In this document: positions 1-8,779 of the stretch, piece by piece
How positions within the stretch are numbered: the stretch's first letter is position 1
Layout: every line of letters begins with the position of its first letter
Assembly (NCBI GenBank): GCA_963824265.1
Contig: CAWGOO010000002.1
Location: forward strand, 316,744-380,743
Origin: an uncultured Actinomycetota bacterium
GTDB lineage: Bacteria; Actinomycetota; Acidimicrobiia; Acidimicrobiales; RAAP-2
DNA: 64,000 nucleotides
Direction of reading: 5' to 3'
Position numbers and translations under genes: made by a program
Notes under the pieces: model-generated
The model's database searches: none
What the model was told of the DNA's origin: nothing
What the model saw: the letters and a program-made list of their open reading frames with translations, nothing else

Positions 1-615
1 GTCCTGGGCACCGACGATCCTCGACCGCTGGAACAGCGACGCCGCACTCTGCGCGGCGATCAGACCGTGGAAGTCCTGCTGGAGTCGGCTCATCGACGCG
101 TCGTCCTGGGCCACGAGCTCCGCGGCTGACTCGCCAGCCCCACCGGCGAGCGCGCCGGCCGAACCGGTGCTGGCGGCTGCAGTCGGTCCGCTGACCATCG
201 CATGCTGTCGGATCTTCTCGAGGATGGTGATCTCGCGATGACCGTCGATGGCGACGGCGGCCACCGCTCGACCTTCGTCCACGGTCGGCTCGGTGTGCAG
301 CGCGCCGAGCCACTGGACGAGCGTCGGGACGAGCGCGTCGAACGAGCGGAGCGACGGCTGGTCGCCGGTGGCCACCGAACCGCGGACCGACGAATCGGCC
401 GCGTAGAACGACTGGACCGCCCGTTCGGAGGAATTGAGGTCACCGCTGATGACGATGGCCGTCGACCGGTAGCTGCTCTCGCGCCCCTGCAACCCGAGGG
501 AGATGGCGACGGTCACGATCAGCGCCAGCACCGGCACGCCGACGATCAACAACGACTTGGTGAGCAGACGGGCGTTGGACCACCGGCGGGCCGTCCACTG
601 CAAGGGGGATGGCAT
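1..615 (-). CDS. Membrane sensor protein, N-terminal part only (TM helix plus CHASE3-like extracytoplasmic domain); continues beyond the left edge
   Basis: My own translation of the minus strand from ATG at 615-613 gives MPSPLQWTARRWSNARLLTKSLLIVGVPVLALIVTVAISLGLQGRESSYRSTAIVISGDLNSSERAVQSFYAADSSVRGSVATGDQPSLRSFDALVP... The frame stays open to base 1, so it is absent from the ORF track. It has one hydrophobic helix followed by a helical region resembling CHASE3. Confidence 0.55.
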   Translation of the reverse strand, partial: MPSPLQWTARRWSNARLLTKSLLIVGVPVLALIVTVAISLGLQGRESSYRSTAIVISGDLNSSERAVQSFYAADSSVRGSVATGDQPSLRSFDALVPTLVQWLGALHTEPTVDEGRAVAAVAIDGHREITILEKIRQHAMVSGPTAAASTGSAGALAGGAGESAAELVAQDDASMSRLQQDFHGLIAAQSAASLFQRSRIVGAQD

Positions 616-722
616 CAAGGTGGCGTCGATCGGCCGGACCGGATTCGGTACTCTCTGACTGCGAACGATCCGCTGGTCTTTGGCGTGGTCAAGAAGGCAG
701 CCTTTTGGGAGGTCGTGACGCA

Positions 723-1808
723 GTGAACGATAGTGCCGAGCCGTCGACCGGCACGGACCACGAAGGCGTGCCGAAGCCGGCGACGGCGCCGTCCAAAGGA
801 CGGGTGCTCGTGGTCGAGGACGACCGGGCGACCCTCCAGTTCGTCATCACCGCCCTGACCCGAGGTGGCTTCACCGTCACGGGCGTCTCGGACGCGCAGC
901 AGGCGCTGGCGGTGCTCGATGACGAGCCGTGGGAGGTGCTGCTGGCCGACATCGGGCTCCCGGACCGGTCCGGCTTCGAGCTGGTCGCCGACGCCCGGCG
1001 CCGACGGCCGCAGATGGCTATCGCCCTGATGACCGCCGACGCCAGCGTCGACGTGGCCGTGCGGGCGCTGCGGATCGAGGTCGACGACTTCCTCCCGAAG
1101 CCGATCTCGCCGACGACGCTCGTCACCCAGGTCGAGCGGCTGGCCGAGCGCCAGCGGACCCGCGACCGAGGTACGGAGCGCGTCCTCGCGGTCGGCGCTC
1201 ACCCCGACGACGTCGAGATCGGCGTCGGTGCCATCTTGTTGAACCACCGCGTGACCGGCGACGACGTCGCCATCGTCACGATGAGCCGCGGGGCGCGCGG
1301 CGGCGAAGCGATCCGCCGGGCCGACGAAGCCGCCCGGGCGGCCCAGATGATCGGGGCCCGACTGTTCCTCGAGGATCTCGAGGACACCCGGATCCCCGAG
1401 GGCGATCCGACGGTTGCGCTCCTCGAGGGCGTCATCAAGGAAGTCCGCCCGACTGTCGTCTACACCCACACGCTGGCCGACTTGCACCAGGACCACCGCA
1501 ACGTGCACCGGGCGACGATGGTCGCCGCCCGCCGAGTGCCGAACGTCTACTGCTACGAGAGCCCGTCGGCGACCGTCGAGTTCCGGCCGGTCCGCTTCGT
1601 CAGCGTCGACGACCATGTCGACGGGAAGATCGACGTCATCGGCGCGTACACCAGCCAGACCGAGGTCCGCCAGTACCTCGCCGAAGATCTCGTCCGGGCC
1701 ACCGCCCGCTACTGGGGCCGGTTCGGGGCGACGAAGTTCTCGGAGCCACTCGAAGTCGTCCGCGACCGGCAGGCCGGCGCGCCGATCGCGGCCGCCGAGA
1801 GCCCATGA
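723..1808 (+). CDS. Response-regulator receiver domain fused to a PIG-L/LmbE-family N-acetylglucosaminyl deacetylase
   Basis: ORF 609..1808. I moved the start to the in-frame GTG at 723 because ATG 609 would overlap the divergent gene start. REC motifs: VLVVEDD, LLADIGLPD (phospho-acceptor Asp), LMTAD, LPKP. C-terminal half carries the PIG-L motifs GAHPDDVEIG and HQDH. Confidence 0.85.
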   Translation: MNDSAEPSTGTDHEGVPKPATAPSKGRVLVVEDDRATLQFVITALTRGGFTVTGVSDAQQALAVLDDEPWEVLLADIGLPDRSGFELVADARRRRPQMAIALMTADASVDVAVRALRIEVDDFLPKPISPTTLVTQVERLAERQRTRDRGTERVLAVGAHPDDVEIGVGAILLNHRVTGDDVAIVTMSRGARGGEAIRRADEAARAAQMIGARLFLEDLEDTRIPEGDPTVALLEGVIKEVRPTVVYTHTLADLHQDHRNVHRATMVAARRVPNVYCYESPSATVEFRPVRFVSVDDHVDGKIDVIGAYTSQTEVRQYLAEDLVRATARYWGRFGATKFSEPLEVVRDRQAGAPIAAAESP

Positions 1809-2878
1809 CGACCGACGACGGTTCGGACGCCGCGATGACCGTTGCTCGATCGACCGGATCAGCTGACCGACCCGACCCGGTCCGCGTGCTCGTCACCGGG
1901 GCCGGCGGTCCGGCGGCGGTGGCGTTTCTCGAAGGGCTCGCCGACGACGGGCAGCTGCCAACCGACTGCTGGGCCGTCGACATCGACCCCTGCGCCGCCG
2001 GCCTCTATCTCGTGCCCCGAGATCGCCGAGCCCTCGTTCCGAGGGGGGACGACGCGGCGTTTGTCGACGTCGTCCTCGAGACGTGCCGGCAGGAGCGGAT
2101 CGACGTCGTCGTGCCGACCGTCGACAGCGAGCTCATCCCCGTCGCCCGTCGGCTCGGTGACTTCGACGACCTCGGCGTGGCGGTTCTCTCGGCGTCGCTG
2201 GCGACGCTCGAGCAGTGCCTCGACAAGTGGGCGCTGCTGCAGGCCTGTGGTCCGGACATCCCGCTCCCGCTGGGTGGGCTCCTCGATGACGACTTCGACC
2301 CGGCGTCGCTCGGCTGGCCGGTGCTGGTGAAGCCGCGCCGGGGCAGTGGATCGAGGGGCATCGCGCTCGTCGAGGACGCGGCCGCCTTCGACCGACTTCC
2401 CCGCAACGGTTCGCAGCTGGTCCAGGAGTACCTGCCCGGGCCCGAGTACTCCGTCGACGTCCTCGCCTACCGGGACGGGCACGTCGCCGCCGCCGTACCG
2501 CGCAGTCGGCTCAAGGTCGACTCCGGGATCGCCGTCGCCGGCTGCTCGCTGCGCCGGCCGGCGCTCCAGGCGGCCGCCGCCGCGGTGGCCCGGACGGTTG
2601 GTCTGACGAGCGTCGCCAACATCCAGTTCCGAGAGGACGCCGACGGGCTGCCCAAGCTGCTCGAGGTCAACCCCCGCTTCCCGGGGGCGATGCCGCTGAC
2701 CGTGGCCAGTGGCGTCAACATGCCGGCGCTGGCCCTGGCCGACCGGCTCGGTCACACCGTGCCGAGGGACGTGCCGTTCCGCTCGATCGCCATGGTCCGG
2801 CACTGGGCGCAGACGTTCCTCTCGGTGGAGGAGTTCGAGGCCACCGGTGTCCCGATGCCGCTCGGGCTCCCGACGTGA
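1805..2878 (+). CDS. ATP-grasp domain protein (carboxylate-amine ligase-like)
   Basis: Internal ATG 1805 of ORF 929..2878, overlapping the upstream stop (ATGA). The first 290 aa of that ORF are an Arg/Pro-rich shadow frame. Motifs VLVKPRRGSGSRGI, QEYLPGPEYSVDV and ANIQFRED..LLEVNPRF are typical of the ATP-grasp fold. Confidence 0.8.
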   Translation: MTTDDGSDAAMTVARSTGSADRPDPVRVLVTGAGGPAAVAFLEGLADDGQLPTDCWAVDIDPCAAGLYLVPRDRRALVPRGDDAAFVDVVLETCRQERIDVVVPTVDSELIPVARRLGDFDDLGVAVLSASLATLEQCLDKWALLQACGPDIPLPLGGLLDDDFDPASLGWPVLVKPRRGSGSRGIALVEDAAAFDRLPRNGSQLVQEYLPGPEYSVDVLAYRDGHVAAAVPRSRLKVDSGIAVAGCSLRRPALQAAAAAVARTVGLTSVANIQFREDADGLPKLLEVNPRFPGAMPLTVASGVNMPALALADRLGHTVPRDVPFRSIAMVRHWAQTFLSVEEFEATGVPMPLGLPT

Positions 2879-2915
2879 CGCCGCCCGGCCGGCGGCGGAT
2901 CGTTCGGTCCTGACC

Positions 2916-4403
2916 GTGTGGGGCACCGTCGGTGACGACATCCTCATCGCCCTCGTGCTCGTCGGCGCGATCCCACTTCTCGTCAACGCCTACCAGTACC
3001 TGCTCATCGGGGCGGTTCGCTGGAAGAACCACTACGGCTCGGTTGGCCCGTACCTGCCCCGCGTCGCCGTCGTCGTGCCGGCCTGGAACGAGGCGGCCGT
3101 CCTCGATGCCTCCGTCGACCGGCTCATGGCCCTCGACTACCCGCCGGACCGGCTCCGCGTCTACGTCGTCGACGACGCCAGTACCGACGGCACCCCGGCG
3201 CTCATGACGGCCAAGGCCCGTCAGTACCCCGGCGCGGTCTTCCACCTCCGGCGCGAGAAAGGCGGCGAGGGTAAGTCGCACACGCTGAACCACGGCCTCT
3301 CGGTCGTGCTCGCCGACGACTGGATGGAAGCGCTCCTCATCATGGACGCCGACGTCATCTATCGGCCGGACTCGCTGCGCAAGATGACCCGGCACCTGGC
3401 CGACGAGCGCGTCGGCGCCGTGACGGCCTACATCAAGGAAGGTTCGGAGCCGAGCCACACGCTGACCCGTTTCATCGAGTACGAGTACATCACCGCCCAG
3501 GCCGCCGGCCGGCGGGCCCAGAACGTGCTCGGTGCGGTCGCCTGTCTGGCCGGCGGGGCCCAGCTCCACTCGCGGGCCAACCTCGAGGCGCTCGGCGGGC
3601 GGATCGACTCGTCCTCGCTAGCCGAGGACACGTTCACGACGTTCAATACGCAGATCGGCGGCCGCCGGGTCGTCTTCGAGCCGAACGCGGTCGCGCTGGC
3701 CGAAGAGCCGGAGCGGCTGAGCGGGCTGTGGAAGCAACGGCTCCGGTGGGCCCGGGGCAATGTCCAGGTGACGTCGACCTACAAGAAGTTGTGGTTCCGG
3801 CCGTCCCCCGTCCACCGGCTGGGCGGGATCTCGTTCGGGCTGATCTGGTTCAGCATCTTCCTGCTCCCGCTGTCGATGATCATCTCGTCGGCCAGCCTCG
3901 TCGTCCTTTACTTCACCGACCTCAACTCCGCCCAACACGTCTTCCGGGCGCTGTGGATCGTCAACGCGCTCTGCTTCGTCTTCACGACCGTCTTCACCTT
4001 GCTCATCGACCGCGCCGCCGGGCGGCGGACGTGGCTGCAGGGCTTCTTCTTCCCCGGATCCGTCTCGCTGCTGATCATCCTCTACACCTGCTTCCCGACG
4101 GCCTTCCACTGGCTCCTCGGCCGTTTCGAGAACGTCACCCACTGGGAGCTGACCATCGACCAGCGGCACGACGTCATGCTGTTCGCCTACGTCTGGGTCG
4201 CCGGCTGCATGCTGGCGGCCTATCTCGTCAAGAAGATCGACGACGGCGGCGCCCACCGGACCGCCGCCGGGCTGCTCTACGTCGTTGGCTACGGACCGAT
4301 CCTGTGCGTCGTCACGCTCGCCGCCTACGTCAAACAGCTCCGCCGGGCCGAGATGCACTGGGAGAAGACGGAGAAGTCCGGCCGGGTGGCGGTGCCCGAG
4401 TGA
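2916..4403 (+). CDS. Family 2 glycosyltransferase of the processive synthase type (PgaC/IcaA/NodC/chitin-synthase-like), integral membrane
   Basis: ORF 2709..4403 with the start set to in-frame GTG 2916. Motifs: VVVPAWNE, VVDDASTDGT, IMDADV, LAEDT, QRLRWARG (Q-x-x-R-W). One N-terminal and several C-terminal hydrophobic helices. Confidence 0.85.
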   Translation: MWGTVGDDILIALVLVGAIPLLVNAYQYLLIGAVRWKNHYGSVGPYLPRVAVVVPAWNEAAVLDASVDRLMALDYPPDRLRVYVVDDASTDGTPALMTAKARQYPGAVFHLRREKGGEGKSHTLNHGLSVVLADDWMEALLIMDADVIYRPDSLRKMTRHLADERVGAVTAYIKEGSEPSHTLTRFIEYEYITAQAAGRRAQNVLGAVACLAGGAQLHSRANLEALGGRIDSSSLAEDTFTTFNTQIGGRRVVFEPNAVALAEEPERLSGLWKQRLRWARGNVQVTSTYKKLWFRPSPVHRLGGISFGLIWFSIFLLPLSMIISSASLVVLYFTDLNSAQHVFRALWIVNALCFVFTTVFTLLIDRAAGRRTWLQGFFFPGSVSLLIILYTCFPTAFHWLLGRFENVTHWELTIDQRHDVMLFAYVWVAGCMLAAYLVKKIDDGGAHRTAAGLLYVVGYGPILCVVTLAAYVKQLRRAEMHWEKTEKSGRVAVPE

Positions 4404-4425
4404 CCGGCCGAACGGCGGTGCCCGG

Positions 4426-4599
4426 GTGACCGCCGGTACGGAGCCCGGCCGACCGGAACGGACCGACGAGGAGTGGGCGGCGATCTTCCGCGACGACCTC
4501 GCTAGCTCGCGGGCCGCCGAGCGGCGACTGATCTGGATGGAGCTGATCGCCCTCGGCGTCGTGGCCGGCCTCGTCGTCCTGCATTTCGTCTGGCACTAG
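4426..4599 (+). CDS. Small membrane protein (57 aa, single C-terminal TM), hypothetical
   Basis: In-frame GTG 4426 of ORF 4285..4599, 23 nt after the GT2 stop. Sequence: VTAGTEPGRPERTDEEWAAIFRDDLASSRAAERRLIWMELIALGVVAGLVVLHFVWH. No family recognised. Confidence 0.35.
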   Translation: MTAGTEPGRPERTDEEWAAIFRDDLASSRAAERRLIWMELIALGVVAGLVVLHFVWH

Positions 4600-4723
4600 C
4601 CACCTTCGTTCGGCCCGGACGGACGCCCGCCGACCCGGGCCGGGTGAACCCCCCGTGTTACCCTTTCGTCCAGGGGTCACTGGCGGGCGAGTCCCCGGCG
4701 ACGAGCAGTGACCGGAGGCGGAC

Positions 4724-6509
4724 GTGGCCAGTCGGATGACGGACGGCGATTCCTGGCGCGCCGGCGGTCGACCCGGGCCAACCACCGGCCACGCAGTTGG
4801 CACCGGCCTCGGTCCGGACGACTTCCAGCTCGTCTTCGAGGCGATCCCTGGCTGCTACCTGGTGCTCGACCCGTCGCTCACCATCGTCGCGGTCAGTAAC
4901 GCCTATCTCGAGGTCACGGCGAACGAACGGGACCAGATCGTCGGCCGCCATGTCTTCGATGCCTTCCCCGACAACCCCGACGACCCCGACCCGACCGGGG
5001 TAGCGAACCTGCGGGCCTCCCTCGAACGGGTTCTGGCCCGCGCCCAACCCGACACGATGGCCGTCCAGAAGTACGACCTCGAGCGGCCGGCCGGCAGCGG
5101 GCGGTTCGAGGCGCGGTTCTGGAGCCCGGTCAACTCGCCGGTCCTCGGACCGGACGGCCGGGTGGCGTTCGTCATCCACCGGGTCGAAGACGTCACCGAA
5201 CTGATCGGTCGGCGCGGCGAGCCCGGCGAACCGCGCCAAGGCGCCGAGCGGCGGGCGGACCGGCGCGGCGGGCAACCCGACGACCGGCGGGCGGCCGGAA
5301 GCGGTGCCGTCGAACGGCGCCGGGACGACGGGATGGTCATCGATATCCTCCAGCGGTCCCAGGAGCTCGCCCAGGCCAATCGCCAGCTCGAGGACGCCCG
5401 CTCGGCGACCAGCGGGTTCCTCTCCCGAATGAGCCACGAGCTGCGCACCCCCCTTACGTCGATCCTCGGCTTCGGCGAGCTGCTGTCGATGACGGCGCTC
5501 GACGACGACCAGCTCGAGTGGGTCGACCTCTCGCTGACCGCGGCCCGACACCTCCAGGCGCTCCTCGACGACGTGCTCGACATCGCCCGCATCGAGGCTG
5601 GCCACCTGTCGATCTCGCTCGAGCCGGTCTCGCTGGCCTCCATCCTGCACGACGCCTACGAGCTCGCCCAACCGCTGGCCGCGAGCTACCGGGTGCTGAT
5701 CGGCGAGCCGCCGAAGGAAGGTCGGACGCTCTACGTGCTGGCCGACCGTCAGCGCTTGCGCCAGGTACTGCTCAACCTGCTCTCGAACGCGGTGAAGTAC
5801 AACGACGAGCGGGCCCGGGTGACGCTCCGCGTGGAGGTCATCGCCGACGATCGGGTTCGGGTCCACGTCACGAACACCGGCACCGGCCTCACCGAAGAGG
5901 AGCTCGGGCGGCTCTTCGTGCCGTTCGAGCGACTGGGAGCCGAGGAGCGGGGCATCGAGGGGACGGGCCTCGGGCTCGCCCTCTCGGCGGACCTCATGAA
6001 GAGCATGAACGGACGGCTCACCGCGTCGAGCGTCCTCGGTGCCAGCTGCACGTTCACCGTCGAGCTCGCGCTCGCCTATCCGCCGGCCGTCGAGGAATCG
6101 GCTCGAGCCGGCGCGGCCCGGGATGCCCACGCCTACGAGCGCTCCCGGACGGTGCTCTACGTCGAGGACGTCGCGTCGAACGTCAAGCTCGTCGAGCAGA
6201 TCCTGCGTCGGCGACCGAACATCACGTTGGTGTCGACGTCGCGCGGCCACAACGCGTTGGGGCTGGCGAAGGAGCACCGACCGGACCTCGTCCTGCTCGA
6301 CCTGCACCTGCCCGACATCCCCGGCGAAGAGGTCCTCGCCCGGCTCCGGGCCGACGAGGAGACCGACGCCATCCCGGTCATCGTGCTCAGTGCGGACGCC
6401 ACGAGTGTCCATCGCCGAGATTCTGATGGCCGCCGGTGCCGACGAGTACCTGACGAAGCCGATCGGTGTGCGCGAGCTCCTCGACCTGATGGACGAGCGG
6501 TTCGGGTGA
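4724..6509 (+). CDS. Hybrid sensor histidine kinase (PAS - HisKA - HATPase_c - REC); frame broken inside the receiver domain near 6401-6410
   Basis: The frame of ORF 4724..6904 shows a PAS domain ([13 protein letters not shown]), H-box [25 protein letters not shown] and a receiver ([26 protein letters not shown]). After about 6403 it turns Arg-rich. The frame of ORF 6039..6509 supplies the expected receiver end [32 protein letters not shown]. Confidence 0.85.
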
Positions 6510-6904
6510 AGGCGGTCCTCAACGTCCTGTGGCTCGTGCTCTGCGGGTTCTGGCTGGCCATCGGCTACGCCGTGGCCGGCATCGTCATGTGCATCCTCAT
6601 CATCACGATCCCGTTCGGGATCGCCGCTTTCCGACTGGCCGCGTACGTCCTCTGGCCGTTCGGCCGGACGGTCGTCCGCCGGGACGATGCCGGCGCCGCG
6701 TCGACCGTCGGCAACGTCATCTGGTTCATCCTGGCCGGCTTGTGGATCGCCATCGCCCACATCGTGACCGGCGTCGTGCTCTGCCTGACGATCATCGGTA
6801 TCCCGCTCGGGATCGCCAACATCAAGCTCGCCGCCGTCGCCGTCGCTCCGTTGGGAAAGGACATCGTCGCCACCGACGACCCGCGGCTCCAACTCGCCGA
6901 CTGA
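6506..6904 (+). CDS. yccF: YccF-family (DUF307) inner membrane protein
   Basis: GTG 6506 overlaps the kinase stop (GTGA). Two DUF307-type repeats are present: [29 protein letters not shown] and [29 protein letters not shown]. Confidence 0.8.
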   Translation: MKAVLNVLWLVLCGFWLAIGYAVAGIVMCILIITIPFGIAAFRLAAYVLWPFGRTVVRRDDAGAASTVGNVIWFILAGLWIAIAHIVTGVVLCLTIIGIPLGIANIKLAAVAVAPLGKDIVATDDPRLQLAD

Positions 6905-7142
6905 GCAAGCGGGCGACCTGGTGATCGCCTTCGCTGCGTGGCTGACAGGGGAGGTTGGCTCGCCCCGCAGCCGGGTGCCCTTCCTCCGGCCGCTCGAGGT
7001 CGTCGGCGGCGTGCCCGCCGTCTGTCCGGCCCCGGCGCCGGCGAATGTGGCCGGTGGGGCGAGTGTTGCCCATGTGGCAGGTGCGGCGAAGCGAGCTGAT
7101 CGCTAACATCGTCCTGGGCGGCCTGACAAAGGCTGGTACGGG

Positions 7143-8247
7143 ATGGAGATGAGCCGCAGTTCCGGGTGTTGGACCGGGGGCTTCCACCGCCGGTGGTCGT
7201 CGCCCCTTCCTGCAGTCACATCAGTTGCTGCCACGCGCTCCGGCACGGCGTTCTTGGGCACGGCGTTCCTCGGCACGGTGCTAGTGGGCACGGTGCTAGT
7301 GGGCACGGTGCTGTTGGGAACGGTCCTCGTCGGTGCGATCGGGATCGGCGATGCCGGCGCCAGCCCGACGGCGACGAGCCAAGCTGGCGGCAGCCAGCTG
7401 GGCGTACCGGCAACCACGACGTCGCAGTACGAGAACGACGCCAGTCCGGCGGCGCTCTACGCCCAAGGCGAGGCGGCCGGATTCCGCCGGAGCGCAGGGC
7501 ATGGTCATCCTCGACTTCGGCCGACCGGCCGACGAGGACACAACGCTCGGGACGATCACCCAGGACGACACCTTCGCGTCGTTCCCCTCGATCGCCGCGG
7601 CCGTCGAGAGCTACATCGCCGGGTACTTCCGGTCGGCTCCCGCCGGGCTCCGCCTGCACGTGGCCATCGGCACGAACGACAGCTGCGGCACCGGGCAGCC
7701 GTGCGGCAGCGTCGTCTGCGGCTGCGCGTTCGAGCCGCCGAGCTTCTGGACATGGGGCACCTCGCTGGCGTCGGCGGTCGAATCGGTGCAGGCGTGGGCG
7801 ACCCGGACGAAGCAGCAGTCGTCGTTCACGGACACCGTGACGGTCGTCGCCGGCGATGACGTCGAGCCGGCTTTCGACCCGGGCTACCTGAACACCTACA
7901 ACCTGCTGGCCGGTTATGCGGCCGAGGTCGGCGGCTACCAACCCGCCATGGTCGACTACGGCTCCGCCGAGCCCGGCTATTGGACGCAGGCGCAGCTGCT
8001 CAAGGTGGCGGACGGGTTCCGACCCGATGTCGTCTTCCCGGAGCTCTACTTTCCGACACACGTCGCCGAGTGGGCGTCGCTGGTCGGCTACGCCAAAGCC
8101 CACGGTCAGAACATGACGATCTTCGGCGTGCTCACCCAAGCGCCGGACGGCCAGACATCGGCGACGAGCTACACGTCGATCGAGCGGGCGATCGCGCCGA
8201 TCACCGGCCAGTCGTCGATCCAGTGGACGTCGAACATCGGCCCCTGA
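7143..8247 (+). CDS. Secreted or membrane-anchored hypothetical protein; frame break near 7491
   Basis: The N-terminus from ORF 7143..7859 has a hydrophobic anchor built from pentapeptide repeats, then ..YAQGEAAGFRR. The rest comes from ORF 7333..8247 (AQGMVILDFGRPADEDTTLG...IQWTSNIGP). The join requires a 1-nt shift at about 7491. Confidence 0.65.
7242..7331 (+). repeat. Six tandem 15-bp units (ggcacggyg ytnbtg) inside the CDS, encoding GTAFL-GTAFL-GTVLV-GTVLV-GTVLL-GTVLV
   Basis: Direct reading: ggcacggcgttcttg / ggcacggcgttcctc / ggcacggtgctagtg / ggcacggtgctagtg / ggcacggtgctgttg / ggaacggtcctcgtc. Confidence 0.9.
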
Positions 8248-8365
8248 GTCGCCGGCGACCGGCCCAGGTCGTCCCGGATCGACGGCCGGTCAGCATTTTT
8301 CGCGATCCGCGTATCTCGCCGCCCGGTACCCGCTCTATCCGACAGCGTCTGGGATCACAGGCGTT

Positions 8366-8408
8366 GCGACGAAAACCGGCACCTTCGCCTCGGTGCCGGT
8401 TTCGTCGC
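8366..8408 (+). terminator. GC-rich hairpin downstream of the 7143..8247 gene (candidate intrinsic terminator)
   Basis: gcgacgaaaaccggcacc - ttcgcctc - ggtgccggtttcgtcgc. 17-bp stem with one bulged A. No clear U-tract. Confidence 0.4.
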
Positions 8409-8779
8409 GCCTACCGGCGGGTGGCGGCGGGCCGCTGGCGCCGCCGACAGTGGGATTTTTCGATTTCCCGTGAGGAAGCATCCCCCGCGCCGTTCCTACG
8501 ACGACCGGAAGCGGAGCCGGTCACTCGCCGTGTCGGCGGCGAACGAGACCCCGTTGCGTCGGGATGCGCAGCGGGGTCTCGTCATGTCGGCGGTGTGTCC
8601 GCCAGGTAATCAGGAGATGAACTTTTCCGTCGACGCGCCCGCGCCCGAAACGTCGACGGTAGGGTCGCGAATGGTCGACAACGACCGTCACAATGCGTAC
8701 AGGGCCCGGCGAATCCCCCCCCTCGCCGGGCTCTGTCGCGTCCGGACCGGGCGAGTTCTGCCCTCCGGGCCGCCCGCCG

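Noticed and set aside
4658-6892. 744-aa minus-strand ORF antisense to the hybrid kinase and yccF
   Set aside because: Its composition is dominated by R/G/D/P/E with no recognisable motifs. The opposite strand carries unmistakable kinase, receiver and YccF signatures. This is a typical shadow ORF of a high-GC genome.
4724-6904. Single 726-aa kinase-YccF fusion protein as computed in the ORF track
   Set aside because: The linking segment ([34 protein letters not shown]) is out-of-frame receiver sequence. The correct receiver end and stop are in another frame at 6509.
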